Positions 8,854-15,856 of a stretch of DNA of 15,856 bases are shown in pieces (position 1 is the stretch's first letter; each line of letters opens with the position of its first letter). The translations under genes were made by a program, and so were the position numbers. The DNA lies in NCBI GenBank assembly GCA_044356455.1, contig JBIKWF010000105.1, positions 1-15,856 of the forward strand. The letters run 5' to 3'. The DNA comes from Bdellovibrionota bacterium (GTDB taxonomy: Bacteria > Bdellovibrionota_C > UBA2361 > JBGSMV01). The notes under the pieces are model-generated. The model was not told where the DNA came from. It saw only the letters and a program-made list of their open reading frames with translations, and made no database searches.

Positions 8854-11800
8854 ATGACGCAACGAACAAACGAAACTGCGCGTTCGAATTCATTGGCCGC
8901 GCTTTCACCGGCAGGTGACATTGCGCTCTCTTCAGAGCACCGAGTGCTCCTACCTGGACTTGCGTTCATCGCTGAGAAATTGCACGTCCTCGCAAGGGCG
9001 GAGCGCCTCGTGGCCACGCGCTTTGAACCAGAGAAGCGCGTAACGGCCTTCATGTCTCTTGCTGGTCATTATAAAGAACTTAAGGACGAAAGCGGATTCG
9101 CTCGATGCGTTGATAGTGCTTGGACGCTCATATCAAAGAAACCCGACGTGGGCTCGGGCCTTGACTCCCGAGTAGTTTCTGAATTCATTTCAAGATGCCT
9201 GACTCTAGGCCTTCTGGCCCGAGCGAAAGCGGCGCTTGTCATGTATTCCGGCGATGGAGTGAATGAGACACCAACGGCAGACGTCACGAAAGGGGTGGCA
9301 CTCGCGTTCGAGAAGGCCGGAAAGCGCAAGGAAGCCTTAGTTCTCTATAAGCAAGCGCTCGCGGCTCAATGGAAAAAAAGCCCGAAACTCGAACGCCGCA
9401 TCGCAAAACTTGAACGCGACATCGAACTTAGCGCCATGACCCCGTCCCAGCGAAAGCGATTTCGCGTCCGTTCACTTTCAAGGCGCATTCTTGGGCACGA
9501 AGTCCTTGCAGAGGACGCCAGCACCCGCCGCAAGCCGGCACTCTACCAAAAACTTGCTAAGCTTCAGCTTCAGGCTGACCAGCCTGCTGACGCGAGGCGT
9601 TCACTCGTACTGGCGCGCACGTTCGCACTACAAGTTACCCCGCCTGATAAAGAACTACTGGTTGCGATAATGCAACAGCAAGCTACCTCAGGCTTCCATC
9701 TCGACGCATCGAAAACCATGAGAGTGCTGCCGGAGATGGGGGAGCAAGACCTTGAAAAACTGGCTCCCATCCTTAAAACTTTCGCAGCTCACCTTTCGTC
9801 CCGGCAAATGAATTCCTTAGTATCTTTTCTTGCGTCGAAGGGATTTGCACGCACCGCGGCCAACATTCTTACGGAAGCGAAATGTGCTGGGCCAGCCCTC
9901 ACGAGCCGCATTCGTGAGTTTGAAGCTGCCCCTATGGGGCTCATGGGAGGATCCCTAGAATCCTTCTGCAAAACGCTCGGGCTCGCACTCTCGAGCTCTG
10001 AGGCGCGCTTGCATAAGCGAGCGCGCTCCGTAGCCTCACATGCAATCGACACCCTTCTAAAGGCCGCACCTGAGGATACGGCAACGGCAGCAAGGCGCCT
10101 TCCTGAGATCGCCGTCGTCTTGGCGCGAGGAGATAGCAAGGCGTTGGCGTATAAAGCGCTGGAGAAAGCTCAAACTCTCGCCTCGTCAGCCACAGAGCCC
10201 TTCACTGAAGAGCAGACCAGGTGGTTCCACGAGAGCTTGGCGAAGGCTTGGGTTCATCTAGGAGAAATTTCCAAGGCGAAGGACCATCTTAATAAATCTC
10301 TAGAGGGCAATGAACTTGATGCGTACTCCCTCAACCAGTTCATGGACGTGGCGCTAGCGGCAGGCCAACCGATCCTGGCAGAGGAAGCGCTACGGCAAGC
10401 CATTGCGTCGCATCACTCTGTGGATATTTCGTGGCTCACGAAATGCTCTCAAAGGTTTATTGCGCTAGGAAGGGTAGACGAAGGCAGGGCGTTTTCCGAG
10501 CGTGCGACGAAACTAGCGCTGGGTGCCTACCTCGAGAAGGGCAAGTGGGACGAATCTGTGTTTGCTCTTCTAAAGTCGGAGGTGGAGCTACTCGCTCCCT
10601 CTGGGAGAGCGCTGAGCGAAGCGTCTGATTGGAACGCCTATATTGCAGGGTGGAATAGCGCCTCAAAATCCGAGCAAGAACAAATCATTTCCGCCTTTAG
10701 TTACGGCGTCCCTGAGATCTACAAAGAACGCCTCCTTGCCAAGGTACCCGCGGAACGTCGCCCTATGATGGTTGCTCAGTGGGACAACCTGCAAGTCCGA
10801 GGGGCCGATGAAGCTCCTCGCGAGGTCTTTGACCGCACCAAGGCAGGGTTGCTTGAGTGCTTAGAATCTCCCTCGGCAGAGAACTCCGCACGGGTAAAAG
10901 TCATAATTGACACTCTGCAAGAGTTAAATCAGAAAGAGGCCCAAGACTTACTACTCGAGCATGCTACTCGCTTGGGCAGGCTCGCAGCAGAGCGGAAATG
11001 GAAGCATTGCCACCCAGCAACGGTTCGCCTTATCGACGCGGCTCTTGGCACCAAACGCTTAAGGGCCCAGGAGCTCGTCGCGGAACTCGTCGCCTCTCCG
11101 AATACGCCCCAACATCTTGCGCACCGGGGAATCGATCGGCTTGTAGAGCTTGGCTACCTGAGCCCTGACCTAAAGAAATGGGAGCAGCGCGTAGCACATA
11201 AAGTCCCGGCTCTTATGTTGGATGAAGGCATTGCCTTTAACGCCAAAGAGTTAATTCGTTTTCTGATGGCCCGGGGCATAACACCCTCTGGGGAGGTGCT
11301 TGCCTTCGTGACTTCCCCCACGTGGGAGGCCGGGGCACTTGCTCAAGGTAAAGACACCGTCGCCGCGCGCCTTCGTTCATTGCAAGATCTTGGCGCCACC
11401 TTTGAAGCGATGCCCAGCGCGCCGGCCCTTATCCAGTCCCTAGCAAAAGATAAGCAGCAGGCGATGGCCTACTACGTGCTGCACATTGGAAAGTCTCGGT
11501 TTAACCTCATCAACAACTACACTTTCGAAAAGTTTTTCGAAGTGATCGAAATCGCGTCTAATCTGAAGGTGTCAGAGCGCGTCCTTGAGACGTTCCACAA
11601 AGCTCTCTGTGTGGCGGGACACACTCCTGACGCCGCATCGGCTATCATAGCGAACCTACGAAACGGCGCGGCCCCGTTCGCGAGCTCCGCCGCTCAAGAA
11701 CTTGCTACTCGCATCCGGCTTGATGTCTCCGACTCTGCGAAGCTAAACGCAGCCCATCGTGAAGCGGGTGGCGCCCTCGGGAGGGAGCAGCTTGGAGTCT

Positions 11801-13179
11801 GCCTTCGCTCTAGCCTTTACCGTAGATTCCTTCTAGCTGAACATCATGAGTCCCCCCATTTAAGAAGTCTTCAATCCGCAAAGACACTCGCGGAGCGTGG
11901 TCAAGCATTGGTAGAAATCGAGAGCTCGCACCCCGAGTACCTTGAAAGAGGAATTCAGTATCTCGATCAGCGCTTCGCAGAAATGAGGCGCAAGCTTCCA
12001 TTCACTGCCACGGCACGCGAGATTCTTACGAATGTGGAAGTTACCGTGAACTCTCAAGAGTTGCTCGAGCGGGTAGAAGAAAAACGGACTGCGCTCATCC
12101 ACGCAAAAAACAGCATCCTTCGCGCCCTCAAGGGAGAGAATCCTCAACTTGCTGCGTTAGAGAAGGGGCTCAGGCAGAGGCGTCGGGCGCTACGTGCTCT
12201 TCAAGAGGGGCTTGCCCACAACCCGGCTCTTCAGTCGCGAATCGAAGAAGTCTCAAGGGAAATCAGCGCCCTTGAGGAGAATAGTAGCGCTCTTGGACTT
12301 TCCTACATCGACGAGCGCTACGCCAACCTTGATGAAAATGCCCGGAGGGAGGCAATCGCCGCCGAGCAGCAAGAACTTGTCTCGATAGAAGAGAAGGAGC
12401 CCGCACTAGTCTTTATTGCCCTCGTCATGGAATCCGTTGGTGCTGAAAGTATTACCGAAGACGAACTTTCTCTCCTTAGAGAGATTAGCTCACACCTAAG
12501 CCATCCGTTTGAGGTACTGCGAGAGATCTCGAAGCTTGATACACGGGCAAGAGCCATCTCGAAGGAACAAGAGGTCCACTACCGCCTTATCCCTAAGCGA
12601 GACCTGGTCACGATGGCGCGTTTTGCGGACTCAAAGATCTGCTGCTTTTCGTCCACAAATTACGACATGCAGGTAGCACATAACACCCCCAATAAGTACT
12701 GGGTGGCCGCTATTCTTGCAGATCCGCTTTCGTTTGTTTTTGAAATTCAGGACGTACCTGAGTCCCAGGAATCGGGTTCCTTCTTAGGACGGCCCGTAGT
12801 TCAGAATCTCGGGTTCAATTTTGGAATGTTCGGCACCGATTCCGAAGAAAACCTAACCATATTTTTAAACGGGGTGTACCTGTCGACTGGAAATGACGCG
12901 CAGAGTTCTGCTTCGGTACTTTCCGCGACTGAAACGCTGCTTTCCCGGCCCATGCGCGCGGCTTGGCAGGCGGTTGCCACAAAACATGGGGGCAATATAG
13001 GAAGCGCTATTTCTGGCTACAATCCGGAAGCATTTGAAGGAACACGCCTCAGAGCTTTGACTGATAAGCGCGGTCATGACCCAGTGCTGAACGTCTACGA
13101 CGATTTAGGTACTAAGGTAAACCAAGAATGTACCTTTAAGGCCCTTCGAAAAAAAGTGCCTAAAGAAAAGAGTCAATGA
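8854..13179 (+). CDS. Large hypothetical protein (1441 aa): TPR-like/helical N-terminal half, coiled coil, C-terminal alpha/beta domain
   Basis: Uninterrupted 4.3-kb ORF; TPR-like segments (VALAFEKAGKRKEALVLYKQAL; LAKAWVHLGEISKAKDHLNKSL); coiled coil LQSRIEEVSREISALEE; beta-rich C-terminus with ADSKICCFSS. No signal peptide evident. Confidence 0.88.
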   Translation: MTQRTNETARSNSLAALSPAGDIALSSEHRVLLPGLAFIAEKLHVLARAERLVATRFEPEKRVTAFMSLAGHYKELKDESGFARCVDSAWTLISKKPDVGSGLDSRVVSEFISRCLTLGLLARAKAALVMYSGDGVNETPTADVTKGVALAFEKAGKRKEALVLYKQALAAQWKKSPKLERRIAKLERDIELSAMTPSQRKRFRVRSLSRRILGHEVLAEDASTRRKPALYQKLAKLQLQADQPADARRSLVLARTFALQVTPPDKELLVAIMQQQATSGFHLDASKTMRVLPEMGEQDLEKLAPILKTFAAHLSSRQMNSLVSFLASKGFARTAANILTEAKCAGPALTSRIREFEAAPMGLMGGSLESFCKTLGLALSSSEARLHKRARSVASHAIDTLLKAAPEDTATAARRLPEIAVVLARGDSKALAYKALEKAQTLASSATEPFTEEQTRWFHESLAKAWVHLGEISKAKDHLNKSLEGNELDAYSLNQFMDVALAAGQPILAEEALRQAIASHHSVDISWLTKCSQRFIALGRVDEGRAFSERATKLALGAYLEKGKWDESVFALLKSEVELLAPSGRALSEASDWNAYIAGWNSASKSEQEQIISAFSYGVPEIYKERLLAKVPAERRPMMVAQWDNLQVRGADEAPREVFDRTKAGLLECLESPSAENSARVKVIIDTLQELNQKEAQDLLLEHATRLGRLAAERKWKHCHPATVRLIDAALGTKRLRAQELVAELVASPNTPQHLAHRGIDRLVELGYLSPDLKKWEQRVAHKVPALMLDEGIAFNAKELIRFLMARGITPSGEVLAFVTSPTWEAGALAQGKDTVAARLRSLQDLGATFEAMPSAPALIQSLAKDKQQAMAYYVLHIGKSRFNLINNYTFEKFFEVIEIASNLKVSERVLETFHKALCVAGHTPDAASAIIANLRNGAAPFASSAAQELATRIRLDVSDSAKLNAAHREAGGALGREQLGVCLRSSLYRRFLLAEHHESPHLRSLQSAKTLAERGQALVEIESSHPEYLERGIQYLDQRFAEMRRKLPFTATAREILTNVEVTVNSQELLERVEEKRTALIHAKNSILRALKGENPQLAALEKGLRQRRRALRALQEGLAHNPALQSRIEEVSREISALEENSSALGLSYIDERYANLDENARREAIAAEQQELVSIEEKEPALVFIALVMESVGAESITEDELSLLREISSHLSHPFEVLREISKLDTRARAISKEQEVHYRLIPKRDLVTMARFADSKICCFSSTNYDMQVAHNTPNKYWVAAILADPLSFVFEIQDVPESQESGSFLGRPVVQNLGFNFGMFGTDSEENLTIFLNGVYLSTGNDAQSSASVLSATETLLSRPMRAAWQAVATKHGGNIGSAISGYNPEAFEGTRLRALTDKRGHDPVLNVYDDLGTKVNQECTFKALRKKVPKEKSQ

Positions 13180-13298
13180 CGCCCGCGTATCCAACGGGGT
13201 ACCACTCGAGACGCCTAGAAAGAGACCCGACATCACTGGCAGAGCAGGTCACCGCGATAACGTCCGCTCAAGAACGTAAAATTGGTGCACCCCACCAA

Positions 13299-13554
13299 TT
13301 CGAGGCACTAAACGTCGAGTTGGCCCGCGAGGTGCTAAGAGTGACGATGTCGTCGATGGCTTGAACGCAAGATGCACATCCAAACTGAGGCGCTAATGCG
13401 CCAGGGTATCGATCGTTTGCGCGCGTATCAGATCTACGTCTCGGCCGCCCGTAATCTAGAGCGAATCGGTGATCACGCGACGAATATCGCGGAAGACGCG
13501 ATCTATCTCGTTGAGGGTGAGATCGTACGGCATAGGTTGGGGAAGGAAACTTAA
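13299..13554 (+). pseudogene. phoU: Truncated, doubly frameshifted phosphate signalling protein PhoU (second PhoU repeat)
   Basis: Three frames join to FEALNVELAREVL / KSDDVVDGLNA / KMHIQTEALMRQ...AARNLERIGDHATNIAEDAIYLVEGEIVRH, the PhoU C-terminal signature. Single-base losses near 13337 and 13369; most of the N-terminal half is absent. Confidence 0.85.
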
Positions 13555-13555
13555 T

Positions 13556-14341
13556 CTAGTTCGTGCGGGCTACCGGCCAGGCTCCACCCACCGAGCCGAA
13601 ATGAGGTCGTAATTCATCGAACGTTTCCGGCCATCCGACTAATTTACCTTCCTGATCCGTATAGACGCACCCAAGGTCCTGCGTGGGAAACGTTAACAAT
13701 TCGGTCTCGGCCTTCTCGATCAGTGTTAGCCAATCTTTTTTTAGCTGCACCGCGTCGACGGGTCGCACCGTGCGTTCAATTGCGAGGGAGTCAGGGGAGA
13801 TGCGCGCGTTGCGGCGCAGTTGCGAGACGATCATGTCGGGGGTGAACCCGGGGTCTTTACCGCACGCGGCCCAGATCATGCAGGCCAGGGACATGGTTGA
13901 TTCATTCAGATGGATTGCATCGATGATATCGCGCACTTCGCTACGTCCAGCGAGCGCCAAACATTTATTCGTTGCAAGATCCACCGCGTGCAGCCGGTAT
14001 CCCATCACACGATCTCGTTCGATCGGGAAAAATCGAAACGCAGAGTCATTAGCCCAGTCTAGCTTAAGTGTTGACCCAGCCTTACTGATTACAGCCGTTA
14101 TAAACCCTGGTTGATTGACATTGACATCAACTAAGAATCCAGCAGCCTCAAGTGCAGCCCGATCGAGTGCGGAACTACGTTGCACCGCCTCGGCTGAGGC
14201 ATGGAATAGATCGATATCAGCGGAGAATCTCGGAGAATTAGAAGCAGCGTTAATTGCAACGCCACCCGCTACATAACTATTCGGGTCACGATTCTTACCG
14301 ATGATCGAAAATACTAAGATCTGGAATTCATCAATCGGCAT
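13556..14341 (-). CDS. AbiEii/AbiGii-family nucleotidyltransferase, putative toxin
   Basis: Motifs YVAGGVA, RFSADIDLF and NKCLALAGRSEVRDIID (GG, RxSxDxD, K..R..RDxxD); SD AAGGAGG at 14358-14352. Confidence 0.88.
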   Translation of the reverse strand: MPIDEFQILVFSIIGKNRDPNSYVAGGVAINAASNSPRFSADIDLFHASAEAVQRSSALDRAALEAAGFLVDVNVNQPGFITAVISKAGSTLKLDWANDSAFRFFPIERDRVMGYRLHAVDLATNKCLALAGRSEVRDIIDAIHLNESTMSLACMIWAACGKDPGFTPDMIVSQLRRNARISPDSLAIERTVRPVDAVQLKKDWLTLIEKAETELLTFPTQDLGCVYTDQEGKLVGWPETFDELRPHFGSVGGAWPVARTN

Positions 14342-14649
14342 ATCAAGTCCGCCTCCTTAAACCCCTCTCGCCCACCGTAACGCTTTAGTCCTGCAATTAC
14401 TTCCGGGATAAGCGCTTCCGTTACCACGGCCTCTTTTCGAAAATGCCAGAAGGCTCGTGCGAAGTATTTATCAAATGCTACCTGGGCGTACGCCACCGCA
14501 CGGCGCATAGCGCGTTCACTCGACTCATCATGCTTTGATCCGATCGCCGCGCGCAGCGCAGAGTTGATTCGTGCTTGGTACCCCGGCCCCGCTGCTCGAA
14601 AGTGCTCAAGGACGGCGGAATCTAGCTTTATATATATGCCATGGCGCAT
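14314..14649 (-). CDS. Putative antitoxin: BrnA-family (RHH) domain fused to a ~60-aa helical domain
   Basis: IYIKLDSAVLEHFRAAGPGYQARINSALRAAI matches the BrnA signature (xRLDxDVxxxFxxxGxGYQxRINxxLR), followed by AFDKYFARAFWHFR...LKRYGGREG; overlaps the toxin gene by 28 bp. Confidence 0.85.
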   Translation of the reverse strand: MRHGIYIKLDSAVLEHFRAAGPGYQARINSALRAAIGSKHDESSERAMRRAVAYAQVAFDKYFARAFWHFRKEAVVTEALIPEVIAGLKRYGGREGFKEADLICRLMNSRS

Positions 14650-14655
14650 ATCTGG

Positions 14656-14684
14656 ATTATATATATATCTTCCCGTGTAAGCAA
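14656..14684 (-). promoter_or_regulatory. Leaderless sigma70-type promoter of the TA operon
   Basis: Minus strand TTGCTT (14684-14679), 17-bp spacer, TATAAT (14661-14656), then 6 nt to ATG 14649; no SD. Confidence 0.75.
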
Positions 14685-14860
14685 CGTGTGGATTGAGCGG
14701 CTCACCATGGTAGCGGGACCTGAACTCGATGTTTGAGCTGAACGGAACGAGACTAGCTCGAGCTCTAACCAGAACGATTCCAACAATTTGAATTATCTGC
14801 TTTAGAAAAAGCCCTCCCCACCCGGGACACTCCTCATCATTAAAAAAGGCTGGGTCAGAT

Positions 14861-15160
14861 ATGAAAGAAAAGCTTCAGGCACTCGTTGTGTGTATGTCCC
14901 TTACGGCGTTAGTCGTTTCAGTTGGAACGCCGTATTTTCATGGTGGCAAACCAACCGTTGCAGATGAACAGAGAGAGTTAGAGGAATCGCCCTGTGTGAG
15001 GTTATGCTCGATTGGTCTGACCAGCAACAAGCATCATGTAAGGCTTCAATTGCACTATGTAAAACCTCTGGGAGCACCGAAGACTGCGCAAATCGTGACA
15101 GAGTCTGAAAAATTGCAAAGGAAGCTAGGTTGGCTGCAATCAAGGCCTGCAGGGGACTAG
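14861..15160 (+). CDS. Small hypothetical protein with N-terminal signal/TM segment
   Basis: ATG start, MKEK followed by hydrophobic LQALVVCMSLTALVVSVG; no family recognised; may be a degenerate gene. Confidence 0.35.
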   Translation: MKEKLQALVVCMSLTALVVSVGTPYFHGGKPTVADEQRELEESPCVRLCSIGLTSNKHHVRLQLHYVKPLGAPKTAQIVTESEKLQRKLGWLQSRPAGD

Positions 15161-15729
15161 CTCTGCGAGCACTAGGCCCCTACGAAAGTAGCAGCACTGG
15201 CCCTGTTACGGAGTAGAGGCTTCAATACCAACCCGATATCCAAGTTTTGTAATCTCGTTTGTGCCCTAAAGAAGCGGGTGACGCTTTAGGACGGTTGCCT
15301 AGCACCACACAGACCGCAGCGCGTCATGTGCCCGCACGAGTGCATCGCCACCTCGAATTACCCGCGGAACCCGCGGAACCATGCCATCGTCTCAGAGACA
15401 ATGCGCAGGACAATGTGTGAAAGATTCGCGTGGAGATGAAGAGCAGAGAAAGTTGGGGTGCACGAGTTTGTGGGGGGTTCTTTTTCCAATCGACAACCAC
15501 TCGCCGCTCACCGCATGTGTTATCAAATACTTACGACCCAATATTCCACGCACTTAGTCAAAACATACTTCCCGAGTGACAGTGCGATGCAATACCCGAA
15601 CGTGGGTGCCCAAACCTAGCTCCCCGGATACCAATTTCCTTTGCTCTAAAGAATCTACCTAAATGCGCCGACAGAACAGCTGCTAGGACTAAAATCTCAG
15701 AGAAAATGGAGCTGGTCCACCAATGATAC

Positions 15730-15856
15730 GTATCCGTCCTCTAGAGCGCAGCCTTGCGCCACGTATGAGGAAGTAGGTCGAGAGCTGAAGCCGAGCGGTC
15801 TGAGCTAACCCTTACGAGGACGTCTTTGAGCCATTCCCAGGGCTCAACTTTATTTA
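15730..15856 (-). mobile_element. IS66-family insertion sequence, right end (partial)
   Basis: Transposase C-terminus followed by GGACGGATAC (plus strand GTATCCGTCC at 15730-15739), which resembles IS66 terminal repeats (GTAA/GTAT-xCGTCC). Confidence 0.82.
15741..15856 (-). CDS. tnpC: IS66 transposase TnpC, C-terminal fragment
   Basis: NKVEPWEWLKDVLVRVSSDRSASALDLLPHTWRKAAL* matches the IS66 C-terminal pattern NGxxPxxYLxDVLxR...xLLPxxW. Confidence 0.85.
   Translation of the reverse strand, partial: NKVEPWEWLKDVLVRVSSDRSASALDLLPHTWRKAAL

Noticed and set aside
8688..8918. 76-aa ORF with hydrophobic N-terminus
   Set aside because: TTG start without SD, hydrophobicity explained by a T-rich tract, and it overlaps the start of the giant gene.
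13683..14114. 143-aa plus-strand ORF
   Set aside because: Antisense shadow of the AbiEii-family gene.
15289..15298. GGACGGTTGC resembling a second IS66 end
   Set aside because: Mismatch in the conserved terminal bases and no transposase remnant beside it.
15560..15729. Minus-strand open frame after the IS end (YHWWTSSIFSEILVLAAVL...) as an interrupted gene
   Set aside because: Only about 56 codons with no recognisable family; cannot be distinguished from chance.
1..15856. CRISPR array, tRNA, rRNA or integron attC sites
   Set aside because: No regularly spaced repeats, cloverleaf or rRNA signatures, or attC-like paired ends were seen by eye.

Overview
Bacterial accessory-type region of mostly unlinked genes. 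Left to right: a TPR-like protein (>=590 aa, minus strand, runs off the left edge and is absent from the ORF track); a secreted 7-repeat FG-GAP protein; a TrmB-family regulator divergent from a lone LivJ-like ABC substrate-binding protein, with a candidate promoter and twin operator between them; a hypothetical gene with a leaderless-type promoter; a secreted TolB/PD40-like propeller protein; a startless 3' remnant of a LysA-like decarboxylase; a 1441-aa helical-repeat protein; a frameshifted phoU remnant; a two-gene operon encoding a BrnA-domain fusion protein and an AbiEii-family nucleotidyltransferase; and the end of an IS66 element at the right edge. The best candidate for an undescribed system is the hybrid toxin-antitoxin module, in which a BrnA-type domain (normally the type II partner of BrnT) is fused to a second domain and paired with an AbiEii-type toxin. 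All family calls come from motif recognition by eye; no searches were run.
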